NCBI GenBank assembly: GCA_013265495.1
Contig: MU058059.1
Location: 2,889,502-2,953,501, forward strand
Source of the DNA: Vicugna vicugna
Lineage: Eukaryota
Direction of reading: 5' to 3'
Length of the DNA stretch: 64,000 nucleotides
Under the pieces are notes generated by a model. That model was not told the origin of the DNA. It worked only from the letters and a program-made list of their open reading frames with translations, and searched no databases. The position numbers were made by a program, and so were the translations under genes. Position 1 is the stretch's first letter, and every line of letters starts with the position of its first letter. Shown here piece by piece: positions 23,890 through 35,930 of this stretch.

Positions 23890-24395
23890 TAATTGAAAGC
23901 TGGGGCACAGATGGATGCTGTGCACTAATGTTCACAACTTGATTCACAATAGCCAAAAAGTGACAGCAGCCCCAGTGTCTGTGGACAGATGAATGGATAC
24001 ACAACGTGTGGCCCATCCGTGCAGCAGAAGACTTCAGCCTTATAGAGGAAGGGCTTTCTGACAAGTGCCGCAACCTGGATGGACCTTGGCCGTCATGCTC
24101 AGTGCAGTAAGCCCGTCACCGAAGGACGAATACTGTGTGATCCCACTTGTGTGAGGGCCCTGAGTCGTCAGATCCACAGAGACAGCCTGGTGGGGTCGAG
24201 GGGCTGGGGAGAGGGTGAAAAGGGGAGTTAGTGTTGAATTGGAACAGAGTTGTAGTTTGGAAGATGAAAATGTTCCAGAGAAGGGTGGTGGTGACGGTTG
24301 TACAAGTGTGAACGTAAGTGCTGTCACTGAGCTGTACGCTGTAAATGGTTGAATATGTGTATTTGCATATGGTGTCCTCGAGAAAATGTTCTTTT
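23890..24395 (+). mobile_element. Old L1 (L1MA/MB-type) 3' end, GC-shifted
   Basis: 'atgttcacaac...cacaatagccaaaaag...cagatgaatggata...ggaagatgaaaatgttccagag...ggtgacggttgtaca' follows the L1M 3' UTR layout. Confidence 0.65.
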
Positions 24396-24399
24396 TAAT

Positions 24400-25400
24400 G
24401 TCCATACCTCACCGGCCGGCAGTCGGTCGTGGCTCTTGCCAGTCATTCCCATCTGCAGGGGAGCCTGCCCTCCCTGCCCTGCCGTGGTGCTGACTCCGCC
24501 GGAGCCCTGCTCGTCCCGCCCGGGCTGCTGCTGGAGGAGGCGAGCGGGGGCTCTCCGGCCGCCTCCCGCTCCTCTCGGCCCTGCGGGGACAGCTGACCCT
24601 GGGCTCCAGCTCTCGGCTTCCGGCGGGCCCTCGGCTTCCGGTGCGCCCTCAGCTTCCGGTGGGCCCTCGGCTTCCGGTGTGCCCTCGGCTTCCGGTGCGC
24701 CCTCAGCTTCCGGTGCGCCCTCGGCTTCCGGCGGGCCCTCAGCTCGGCCTCGCTGACCCGCCGGACGGCCGGGGCAGCAGGGCTGGCCAGCACCTCCGTC
24801 CTGCCGGGCCCCCAGCGCCGCTGGCCTGCCCTCCGCACGCGTCTGCGCCCCGCCCCGGGCGCAGGCCACTGTCGTGGGGTCCCCTCTGAGCTCCTCGGTC
24901 CGGGCGACACCCCCTCCGCTCACGCCGGCCCCGGGAGGGGCAGTCGCCCCCTCCGGTTGCCGCTGAGTGACCTCGGCGGCGCCTGCTGGCTTCGCGCCGT
25001 CCCGGCTGTGAGGCCCGCTCCCTGCGTCGACCCCTCGGCGTGGAAGCGCCTCTCGTGGCTGTTCCCGCGGCCGCTGGAGTGCTCGGCAGGCGCGGGCTCG
25101 GCAGGCAGGCCCTCAGGAGAGTCCAGGGGAAGCGTCGCTTGCCGTGAGTGTGCGCGGCCCCGTGGTGGGCCGGCCTGCCGCGGGCACGGCGCCTCGTCCC
25201 TGCGCTTGTGCCCCGTCCGCGTGTTCGCTGGGGCGGTTCCGGCCTGGAGTCTGGCTTTGTGAGAAGTCTCCGCGGCGTCCCCAGCCCCTGAATTTGGCTT
25301 TGTTCTCTGGTTTTCCAGCGTACCTGTGGGCTCTTTCCTCCGGTAGCAGGGAATTCGTGACGGAAGAACTGGGGCTTTAATTTCCTGTGCTGTCATCCGG
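24400..25400. promoter_or_regulatory. Orphan CpG island downstream of RAB12
   Basis: About 1 kb of very high GC/CpG; GC boxes (cgccccgcccc ~24847); no recognisable coding exon. Confidence 0.7.
24612..24745. repeat. 18-bp minisatellite, 7 full copies plus a partial
   Basis: Unit ctc(g/a)gcttccgg(t/c)g(c/g/t)gcc starting at 24612, 24630, 24648, 24666, 24684, 24702 and 24720. Confidence 0.97.
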
Positions 25401-25589
25401 CGTGGTTTTTAGAGGCTGCTTATTCAGTATTGATTCTGCTGGTGGTTCCCATGTGTGGTGGTCCTTTGGGCCATCGTGCGATGAGCTGAAACTCAGTTAA
25501 TTCTCTCTTGATTTTTGAAGGGAACTCTCCTTTTAAAAGCGGTTGTAAAAGGTACACTAACATTTTTATAGCTCATTGTCCTAGATTTG

Positions 25590-25720
25590 TGTCTCATGCG
25601 ATTGTCACAGAAACTGAGTAGCAACAGGTAAGAAGTGAATTTTCATTTACCCACGTAGATGGAGAGGAACAAAATCCAAGGAAGTACAAATAAAAGTCAC
25701 TTAAGACCACAAGATCCATA
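25590..25720 (-). mobile_element. Degenerate MIR
   Basis: 'tctcatgcgattgtcacag...caggtaag...gtagatggagaggaac...gtcacttaagaccaca' parallels the reverse MIR core. Confidence 0.4.
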
Positions 25721-26842
25721 GATCTTGTTGGGACCTCAGAGCCACATTCTAGTCCGTGAGTTAGGTGGTGAGTTTCGCTGAGGATTAGCAGTGAATTGGG
25801 TTACGCTTATTCTCCGTACAAACCATCCATTTCTCTTTCTACCTCCTGGATCTTTGAAGTGCTATTTCAAGTTGGTAGGTGGTTTTATTTAACTAACGAT
25901 TTAAAAGTTTTGAATATTGAAGCAGAGGGGTGAATATTACTTGATGACACAAGAGATTCATCTTGCTTGTCTCAAGCTGTAAAACTACCTAGAATCGTTG
26001 GTTGGTTTTTTTCTTCTATGAGTGGCTTGCGTTAGCAGGGGGAGCAAAGGCGCTTGTCTCACAGGTGATTTATTGCCTGGAAGCTGTAACCAGGCCCACA
26101 GACTGCAGCTAAGGGGGGTCAGGACACGATACACAGGCTCATATTTATGCTGAGATCTTGTCAGCAGAGGTGAGGTAGATTGCGTGGTGGCTGTCATCAC
26201 AGCCCTGTGCTTGGTGCTACCGGGATGTGACCAAAGCAGATAGGACTGTCCCTGCCCTCAGGGCGGTTTGTCAAGTGTGACAGACAGACACTTCCCAGGA
26301 CTGCAGGACAGAGCTTCCATCATGGAAGGACGGATGCAGAGCCCGGGAGCGGAGGGAGGTGAGGGGGCATGGTCCTCCTCGGCCGCCAGGATCAAGCAGA
26401 CTGCTGCCCGGGGGGACAAGGCAGCCTAGAGGGAAGGGGTGTTCACAGGCTGTTCACCTGGAAGCAGAGGGACCCTCCAGAAAAAGCCGGCTTCACAGAA
26501 TAGCCGGCGCTGCCAGCTCTCCTGGTGGGTTACAGCTTCTTGAACGCTTGGCCGCTCCGTGGAAATGTTTGCTTAAGCCTGTCCTTGTGACCGAGACAGT
26601 AGTTACTGGAAATGTAGTTAACTGCCTGCATGCAGACACAAAACCTGAAGCATGTCTCATTCCCATAAACTGAGGTATTACCGAAGAGGGTTCCAGGAAT
26701 CTGTCTTGTTAGCTGATGAGGCTGATGCATTTGTGGACAAGTCCGCTCTGGTCCACAGGCATGAATTGTAACCGTCTGAGAAGCTGAGACGAGGATAAGT
26801 CGGCCCTAGTCCTTCCGCTTTCAACAAACAGCTCCCCACACG

Positions 26843-27588
26843 TGCAAACAGCAAATGCTGGAGAGGATGTGGCAAAAAGGAGCCCTCCTACTGGTGGGAG
26901 TGTAATTTGGTGCAGCCACTGTGGAAAACAGTATGGAGGTTCCTTAAAAAGCTAAAAATAGTTACCGTATGATCCAGCAACCCCACTCCTGGTCTTATGT
27001 CTGGAGAAAACTGATTTGAAAAAGTACATGCACTCCAATATTCATAGCNNNNNNNNNNNNNNNNNNNNNNNNNNNNNNNNNNNNNNNNNNNNNNNNNNNN
27101 NNNNNNNNNNNNNNNNNNNNNNNNNNNNNNNNNNNNNNNNNNNNNNNNNNNNNNNNNNNNNNNNNNNNNNNNNNNNNNNNNNNNNNNNNNNNNNNNNAGA
27201 TTATCACACTAAGTGAAGTAATTCAGTGAAAGACATCATTTATATGTGGGATCTAAAAAATGATACAAATGAACTTATTTACAAAACGAAAACAGAGTCA
27301 CAGACATAGGAAACAAACGTATGTTTACCAAAGGGGAAAGAGGTGGGAGGAGGGATAAATTAGGAGTTTGGGATTAGCAGATACAAACTACTATATTCAG
27401 AATAGATAAACAACAATGTTCTACTGTGTAGCAGGGGAACTATATTCAATAACTTGTAATAGCCTATAATGAAAAACTATGAAAAGATATATATATATAT
27501 ATATATTACATATATGTGTAACTGAATCATATGCTGTACACTTAAAACTAACAACCTTGTAAATCAGCTATACTTCAATTTTTAAAAA
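26843..27588 (+). mobile_element. 5'-truncated L1 (end of ORF2 plus 3' UTR), cetartiodactyl type
   Basis: 'aaatgctggagaggatgtgg...cagccactgtggaaaacagtatggaggttcc...gggataaattaggagtttgggattagcagatac...tatacttcaattttaaaaa'; interrupted by the gap 27049-27197. Confidence 0.85.
27049..27197. other. Assembly gap (149 N) inside L1
   Basis: Run of N directly visible. Confidence 1.
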
Positions 27589-27599
27589 GGACATTGGAG

Positions 27600-27890
27600 A
27601 AGAAAGGACTGACATACAGATGAGAGGAAGCAGAATAGATTCAAGAAACAGACCGCACGTGTCTGGTGAGTTGGTTTTCCATAAATGTGGAAAGAGGCCA
27701 TTCTGTGAAGCAAAGATAGTTTGGGTTTTCTTTCAGTGAATGGTGCTGGAACAATTTGACGCTATCTGCAAAAACAAAAACAAAACAAACCCTCAATCTG
27801 TACCATGTACCCTGTCCAAAATAGATCATAAACCTAAATGTGACACCTGAAGCTACAAATCTGCCAGAACAAAGAGGGAGATCTTTCTTT
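27600..27890 (+). mobile_element. Old L1M ORF2 fragment
   Basis: 'cagaatagattcaagaaacagacc...ctttcagtgaatggtgctggaacaat...aaaatagatcataaacctaaatgt' resembles decayed L1 ORF2. Confidence 0.55.
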
Positions 27891-29879
27891 CAGCAAGGTG
27901 CTCACCCCTCAGCCTCCTGCAGTGGGCTGAGAATGTGTTGTGAAGGGTGAACAAGATGGATCTGAAAATAACTCCGTGCAGCATGGTGTAGAAAGCCGAT
28001 AGCAGGCTCGGTGCCGGTGCCGGACTGAGCGCCAAGATGCTTGGAAGGGCCGCCCGTCAGTCTAGCACTTTGATTAGGCTTTTTATTTCCCACCCAAACT
28101 GAAGGCACCCCTCCCATCTGCTTGATGCTTTTAAACAGATTGCTCTTAATCAGCTGCACAATTACCCACACTCCAAGCTGTTAAAATCAGATATCTGTTG
28201 CTCAAGTTTGTCAAAAATTCCATGGCACATAGTTCACAAGTCAGAGGCTCCATGCCCTTCTCTCATATCGCTCCCCAGGTCCGGACGGCCCATGCTGGAG
28301 CTGGACGAAGGACCCGTGCTCTTGACTCCGGGAACCATCTTCAGTGCACCCTGACGTCATGCCTTCAGCTTGCAGGGAGCACCCCTCAGAAGGCGCTCGT
28401 GGAATCCACAATTCCCTTTAGTGAAGGCGTGTTGTTGAGTGCACTGTAAACCTGAAATTACATATATACTTTTTTTACTCTAGTGTATATATTCATTAAG
28501 CCACCTCAAATCCCTAGGGAAGCCACATGGCCTGTTAAGAACCATGAAGTATCTTAGGGGTTTGAGGATAATCTCAGTGCATCTTCTGCAATGATGGGAA
28601 CTGTCCACTGGGAGGAGCCAGAGTAGCACTAATAATAATACTGCCGGTTAAATAACGTCCTTTACAACTTGCACAGCTGTTTCTAAAGGAGAATCTTTAT
28701 TATTGTAATGTTTCCTGCTATATACAAAAGGCATACATAATTAAAAGTATCACTTGAACATATGGTATAATTTAGAAGAGGAATGTAAATCTTAAGGTTT
28801 ACGCTCAGCTTCTTAGCAGTACCTTTGAACAGACCTGATGGTTTGAACTACATGGTTGGTGGAGGAGGGGATTTTTCTGAATCAAAGGCTGAAGACTTTT
28901 TAAGCATTAAAAAACATTAGAGGTAAATGAAAAGGCACGTTTTAAAGAGAATTCTCTTGGTAAAACGTATTGTTTGCTTTTTATCTAGGTGTCACTGAAA
29001 GAAGACAAAACTGTATTTTATGCCCTAAATCTACTTGGCATTTGCTTTTTAAATTGTAGCCATGGACCACCCTGGGAGATGGTGACTCCCGGCTGTGGGC
29101 GTGTGTTGGAACCATTGCTGGAAAGAGTGGGGGCTGTTGGTGACACATAAAAGGGAGGAAACCAGAGGCCCAGGTTCCATAAAGTGGCACCGTCCCTGTG
29201 AGGCTGGAAAGGCGTTTAAAGAGGACATGTCCTTATCAGGAACAGCATGAGGAACAGAGAGGCTGGAAGGACAAACACTTCTCTGAGGAGGAGAAAGAGA
29301 GGGCGAGTTCCCGTAGACGCTATGATGAATTTTGGAAGTATGTGACGTTGGCAGGGATACCGTGAAGAGCTGTGACCTGACTGCTTCCTGTTCGAGGCAG
29401 CGCAGGCCTCTCCTGCTGCGTGGCTGCTCGGTAGTGATCGGTTTGGGATGTAGGAAAGGAATACTGCCTTTCCTCTGGGTTCTGTCCTTGGCAACTGCGG
29501 CTGGGCAGAGGGCGTGCTTGGAGAGGCCACTGAAAGGTAACCAAGTAGGCGAGAAATAGCAGGTGATGAGAAAAAGGTCGTTCCCTCCTGGTCTCCTGGA
29601 ACGCAGGCGTCCTCCCCAGGTGGCCAGCTGGGGCAACCAGAGAGACAGGGTCCTGTGGACTGGGCAGAGCAGGGCTTCTGGAGGTTTTCTGGTTTGGTTC
29701 TGCTCTGTTCTCTGTGAATCATTTTTATTGCAGTATAACATACATGAGGAAAAGGACACAAATCATAAGTTACGTAGTTGATTTTTTTCCAAGTGGACAA
29801 GAAAGAGTAGCCTCAGAGCCTCAAAAGTTCCCTCTTAGACGCTAACTTCGAAGGCCTCAGCCTCGTCTGCTGGGGACTG

Positions 29880-30570
29880 AACGTCACAGAAGTGAGTCAC
29901 ATGTAAGGTGTTTCTTCCCTCCATCCTGGCATGAGTGCATGTGGGTCATTGCGACAGGTCGTGGTGTGTTTGTGCTCATGGTATCCAGTAATACCTCATG
30001 TGGATAAACCCTCATTTATCCGTTCTGTGCAGGTGGACTTCTGGATAGCAGGGGGTTACTCAAAATACGGCTGAGATGAACATTCTTGCTCTCTTTGGAT
30101 GAACACAGAGAGGCACTCCTGTTACGTGTACCTTGGGGAGGATTGCCGGGTCACACAGTATCTCAGCGGATCTCAGCCCTAATAGGAACCAACCAAGAAG
30201 TTTCCCACAGGACTGGTACTGTTTTACAGTGTATATTATACCAGCAGCTCTATAGTTAAGCTGCTGGCGTTTAATATGACTAAAATAATAATGACCTATT
30301 ATTTTATAATAAATGCTATAATTATTCACATAAGCAAATACATCTTAAATAATTACGTAAGTAGTTATTAATTATGATTATATTAGTATAATCTCTTAAC
30401 AACTTGAAATGACCTGTCTTTTCATTTTACCCATTCTAATGGGTATACTGTGATATTTCATTGTGGTTTTAATGGTTTTTTTCCCCCCATCTTTTGCCCA
30501 TTTTTCTATTGAGTTGTCTGCCTTTCATTTATTGATTTGTAGAAACTCTTTGCATATCGTGGATACTCCT
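29880..30570 (-). mobile_element. Old L1M fragment
   Basis: 'gctgagatgaacattcttg...ttcattgtggttttaat...ttttgcccatttttctattgagttgtc...ttgatttgtagaaactcttt' matches antisense L1M. Confidence 0.55.
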
Positions 30571-30823
30571 GAAGTATCCTTTTAGAGATATAAATGCTAA
30601 CCCATGATACAAGAGAAACTGATGTCTTTGAGTGGACAGAACCTTGGGGAGAAAACACTAGATGGTGAGCCCTTACACAGATGTTAGCAGCTGGGCTTCC
30701 CAGGACTATGGTTCAAAGAGCAGCAGGTGTCAGCCCTGTTGTGTGGGTCAGTGCCAGGAATCAAGGGCAGGGGCTACACTCAACCCGAGGAATATGTGAC
30801 TTTGTCTTTTACTGGGGCAAAAC

Positions 30824-30902
30824 TTTTTTTTTTTTTAAATTGAAGTCTAGTTGATTTACAGTGTTGTGTTAGTTTCAGGTGTAGAGCATAGTGATTCAGT
30901 TT

Positions 30903-30937
<35 letters not shown>

Positions 30938-31397
30938 CGTCTTTTTCATAGTTTTTTCATTATAAGCATTACAAGACATTGAGTATAGTTCCCTGTGCTA
31001 TATAGTCGGTCTTTGTTGTTTATCTGTTTTGAACATAGTACTTTGTATCTGCCAGTCCCAGACTTCCAATTTGTCCCTCCCCTACTTTCTCCTTTGGTAA
31101 CCATAAGTTTGTTTTCTGTGTCTGTGACTCTGTCTCTGTTTTGTAAATAAGAGTATTTGTATCATTTTTTGAGATTTCACATATAAGTGATATCATATGA
31201 GATTTGTCTTTGACTTACTTCACTTAGTATGATCATCTCTAGGTCCATCCATGTTGCTGCAAATGGCATTCTTTCTTTCTTTTTATGGCTGAGTAGTATT
31301 CCATTGTATGTATATACCACATCTTTGTCCAATCATCTGCTGATGGACTTTTAGGTTGCTTCTGTGTCCTGGCTGTTGTAAATAGTGCTGCTATGAG
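30824..31397 (-). mobile_element. 5'-truncated L1 3' end
   Basis: Poly-T, then 'aaattgaagtctagttgatttac...ggtaaccataagtttg...gtccatccatgttgctgcaaatggc...tgtaaatagtgctgctatga'; TSD-like ggcaaaacttttttt/ggccaactttttt flanks; internal (TA)n(TG)n. Confidence 0.85.
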
Positions 31398-32852
31398 CTG
31401 GCCAACTTTTTTTGTCGCATCTGCTGAAGAAAGTCACCAAGCGTTGGAGAGCAAGTTCTAGAATGAGGCGTGCCTTCGAACTGTGGTCCAGGTGATCTGT
31501 TGGCAAAGCAAGGAAGGTGCCCATCTGGCTCATGACTTGCTTTAAAATTAGCCCAGCCTGGCGCCAAGCAGGGTCTTGGCATCGTTTCACTGCTTGGGAA
31601 GCAGTGCTTCACTCAGGTGAATTTATAAAGTAAATATCGGCCACTGTCACTCAAGAGCTCGGCCTTTCGGGTTCTGTGGGAGAGTCTGGGAGGCTGGAGA
31701 CTTTCTCAGCAGTGAGCCTCCGACTCAGGTCATAATGCCTGTGTCTGCAGCTCCTAGCGGGCGCCCCGCTGGGCGTGAGTCTCTTGTTTCAACACCGACA
31801 GCCGGTTACTCACCCACTTGGCCCCCTGGAGCATCTTATATCTACCAGGTGGATGAGAGCTTCACATGGAGCACAGATTTCATAAAAGTGGGCTTGTCCT
31901 AACCTAACAATAAAAAGCAAAACTGCTCAAAACCAGCCAGACACTTTTTTACATTCTGTGCCAGGCATAATTTGATAATTCCTTGAAACTGCCATTTGAA
32001 ATAAATCTATTTTCACTTTACAAGAGAGGTCTGATTTCATAGGAAGAAATGCTTGAAGTTCAAGGCAGTGCAAAATCTCCAGCCCTCCCATGTCCCACAC
32101 AGCCTGGCTTTGTCATTGCCAAGGTCACTCACTGCCCCAGGCTGTGGGTGGAGGGAGCTTCCTCTTCTGTTCCCTTCCTCCTCTGGCTCAAAAGATCCAG
32201 GTTCCTTTCTTCTTTTGCCTTTTCCCCCTGGACAGGAATTTAAACTGCACCATGCGTTTTCTCACTATCCCACTCCTTCATCTTTAGCAGCAGCCCCTGG
32301 TCCCTCTGGTTTTGCTGCTTCCTTTCCTTTTCGCCATCATTTGTGCATCTTCACGACCATTTTGTGATCTTTCCCTTCATTAGGGAGAAAAGCATGCTCT
32401 AAGTCTTACAGATACTTGGAGCTTTTGGGGACTGCTGAGCCCACCGGGCCCCCCACCCTGCAGGCGAGCTTAGCAGCTGTCTGGACTCTGTCCTCTTGGG
32501 ATTCCACCCTGCGGGGGCGGGGCACAAGAATCGTGTTGCCGTGACAACCAGCAGTCTGCACGTCAGCTTGGTCAGCTTGGTCAGCTTGGTCAGGGCGTGC
32601 TTGCCAAGGCCTGGGGCGCTGGCCCAGCCAGGGGACCCTTCTCACCATTACGGGAGACCACCCCGTTCAGTGCCCCCTAGGTCCTGGCGGGATCTGCCAG
32701 CTCTGTGCTCACCCGTCGTGGCAGCTGCTCATGGGGTGAAGCCCAGGGCCAGGTGAGGGGCCCCAGAAAGCAGCAGTATTTTCTCCGCAGGGAAATCAGT
32801 CACCACTCTGTCCTCAGAGTAGGTTTATTCAAAAGTCAAGAATGAGTGTCTT

Positions 32853-33103
32853 CTAGGGGAGAAAGGGAGTGGGGACAGATAAATTAGGAGTTTAGGATTA
32901 GCAGATTCGAACTACTAGATATAAAACAGATAAACAGCAAGGTCCTGCTATAGAGCACAGGGAATTCTATTCATAATCTTGTAATGGCCTAGAATGAAAA
33001 AATATGAAAAAGAAAATATGTAGGTATAACTGAATCTCTATGCTGTACACCAGAAATTAACACAACATTGTAATTCGACTACACTTCAGTTTGAAAAAAC
33101 AAA
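32853..33103 (+). mobile_element. Short L1 3' tail
   Basis: 'gataaattaggagtttaggattagcagat...atgctgtacaccagaaattaacacaacattgtaa...aaaaaa' is homologous to 27350-27588. Confidence 0.8.
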
Positions 33104-35842
33104 TGGATCCTTACGCTGCAATGACGGTCCCCGCTTGGTCCTGGTGGCTGGAGGCAAGAAAGAGAGAAGGACTCTTAGGAAATCGGTGGGGAAAAAACCA
33201 GACAGATTTTGTACCTCATTTGCAGGGGCAGTTTTTACTGCACTGCAATATCTTGCCGTCCTTAAACCATAGCAGTTCGTCCTGCACAGTAGTTCCTCCT
33301 AGGGAAGGGTCCCTCTGGGGGCCTCGTGGACTGTCTTTCTTGAGTGCTTCTTAGAAACCCGCTTGAGCACAACATAGACAGACCTGCGATCATGTATAAA
33401 ACCACTTTGTAACAGAAGCTCGCCGGGCGCTGGTCATCAGGAGACAGCCCCAGAGTCACTCAAGAGGAGAGGGGAGGACAGGGAGGCCACCTGAGCAGGC
33501 GGCGTGCTGTCCTGTGTGGTCCCCGAGGCAGAGGCTGACAGTCTGACCTTAAGATAAAATCCCTATCGATCGACAGTTGTCGGGACACTTACAGGTCAGG
33601 AAGCAAAAAGGGCTTATTCTTTGCCTCGTGAGACTTTCCTGCGAACGATGCAGAGATTAATAACCAGCCTCAAAACGAAACTCAATTTCCTCCCAGGCTG
33701 CAGATGGAAGCACGGGAGACTGCAGACAGGGTGGTAGAGGCGAGTGTGACACCGCTCGTCTGCCTGGGGCCGGGCGAAGCCAGCTCAGCCGTCAAGTCCA
33801 CTGGCGGTGATTAGGAAAAGGCCCTGGACTCCACCGGATCTGTCTCCGACTTGAAGTCTGCCACTTAGGAACTATGAGTATGAGAAAGTCAGCGGATTCC
33901 CTGAAGCCTCAGTTTCCTCTCTTCTGTGATGTGAGGCTGTCGGGGGGATGGGAGTGTGGATACCAGGTCCTGAGACAGACCCTGGCTGGGAATGTTCATA
34001 TTTCCCTCATTTGGGGCCAAAAGGAAGGGCATACCCCTGGGAAGACAGCGCATGTGCAGACGGTCAGGTCTGGTCCTTGCCGGCCTGCTGTCCCCACCAG
34101 GCCTGCTGCCCCCCAGCTCCTGCAGCATCTCCCCCTTCCTCATCAGGGAACAGGCAGCCTCTCCTCAGGGAGAGATGAGAGCCGGCCCTCGGCTTTCCAG
34201 GATTTATTATTGGCCATTTGGAAGCTCCTGGAAGATGACTGAGGTTTTCCCCTCTGCTACATGTCCAGCCACGCACAGTCAAGAGCGCCCTGAGGGTAGG
34301 TGTTGTAGCCCACGTCCCAGGAGAGGACCCTGAGGATCGTTCGTGTACTTGCCCGGGGCCCAGTGGTGACAGCACCCCGGGCTCCTCCCTGCTCGGCGGT
34401 AGCGGGAAGCTCACGCGGTCCCGTGAGTCCCAGCTCAGACAGGCATCCTTTACTTGTTTCCCTCATCCTTAATCTCAGGTCACGTTTCCCACCCCGGGCT
34501 GGTTTCAATGCTCAGCATTTCTGTTAAAGTCTTTATCTGCTCGACTTTGGACGGCCCTTCCCTCCCTGGCTTATACCACCGCAGACCCCTCTACAGTTTG
34601 TGAATATCGTACAGATAGACTCGCCACGTATGCTGTTGGTTGACTTTTACAGAATACTGTGTCTGTCCCCGTCAGCTCTGGGGTTGGAGGCCAGTGAGCT
34701 CCCTATTCACGGAGCCTCACCTGTCTGCAGGCCTGGATGGTCAGGCCACTCAACATGGCCGTCCTCTCACTCTCTGTTGCACCCCCTGCTCCACCAGTGC
34801 CTGCTGCACCTACACCTGCTCGCAGGACTGACCTTCCTAGGCACCTGCCCCAGGTCCCAGCTAGGGATTGTTCTTGTCAGAGGGGCGTGAGGGGCGTGCC
34901 ATCTGCTGGTTTCCCTGGTGACCAATAGGCCAACCTGACATCAACTCTCCCTATAACTGGTAACCTCCCCTTCCCCCCAGGAGCGAGCCTGCCGCCAGCC
35001 ACGTCCTGCCCACCGTCCCAGGGAGTCACTCCAGGACCTTGCTTCAGACGTGTAAGCTCCCCCATCCATTTAACTGTTGATGTCTGTTACTGGCTCTGGG
35101 CTCTTCCTTTGGTCTCGAAGCTGGGTGAGTACAGGCCTTGTAGGCCTGTGGGGTGCAGCCCCACAAGGCCCAGTCAGGACCAAGTTCTGGAAGGAGAAGC
35201 CTTGGAAAAAGATGAAAGCTTTCCGCCGAATGCCCGATGGGAACACTGCACGCTGAGCCCGGGGCGGGGCGGGGGCTGTGGTGCACTCAGGTGGGCCTCC
35301 AGACCGGTTTCCCAGAGCCTCCGATTCTGCCTGGCTCCCTGGGTGGTTCTCTTGGGTTTGATGAGCCTGGTGTGCTTTCAGAAAACCCGTCTGTGGAAAT
35401 CCAAACCAAATAAAGCTGGCTAATCAGGGTCATTACCAAATGATGGTAATTTCCTCGCTCTGCAAGCTGACTCACTCTCAGGTCCCTCGCTGTATGTCCA
35501 AATATGTGATCTAAAATGAATTGAGCCCGTTTTCAGGAACACGGTCACACATCTATCCAGACATACCTGATTGGACCGTATTTATGTTTTCATTCGCTTA
35601 CTGAAGTTTGTTCCTTTATTTGCCCATCCTGCTTTAGCTGGTGACCACGTGGGAGGGGAGGGGGCTCTGTGGGTGGAGGTGGCAGTGAGAACAGAAACTG
35701 AGTGTGAATATTAAGATGGCTTTCTTGACTCCACAGCTGGGGAAGGCTGCTTCATATTTCAGTTACAGTTACTTCTTGTGTCTCTCTCCCCAGCTAGAGT
35801 GTACAGCACTTGAGAGCAGAGGCCTTTTTCCCTATCCAGCAT

Positions 35843-35930
35843 CTTTTCTTCTTTAACGGAGGTATGGGGATCTGGCGCAGGGCCCCGTGCGCGCTCAGCA
35901 GCTACCCTGCCGCTGAGCTAGGCCCTCCCT
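35843..35930 (-). mobile_element. Degenerate Vic-1-like SINE inserted in an L2 3' end
   Basis: Reverse complement 'gggagggcctagctcagcggcaggg...gcgcgcacgggg...atccccatacctccgttaaagaagaaaa'; flanked by L2-like 'ctccccagctagagtgtacagc..gagagcagagg' and 'gtgaatgagt'. Confidence 0.65.

Noticed and set aside
24612-24745. CRISPR-like array
   Set aside because: The repeats are contiguous with no unique spacers, in a mammalian genome; this is a minisatellite.
24324-24923. 199-aa minus-strand ORF with (EAEGAP)n hexapeptide repeats, and the (SASGAP)n ORF on the + strand
   Set aside because: The peptide repeats simply reflect the 18-bp (multiple of 3) DNA repeat, which is open in several frames; the minus ORF ends in an L1 relic; no homology recognised.
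29049-29800. Overlapping 236-aa and 194-aa minus-strand ORFs
   Set aside because: No recognisable domain, codon pattern or splice context; consistent with chance ORFs.
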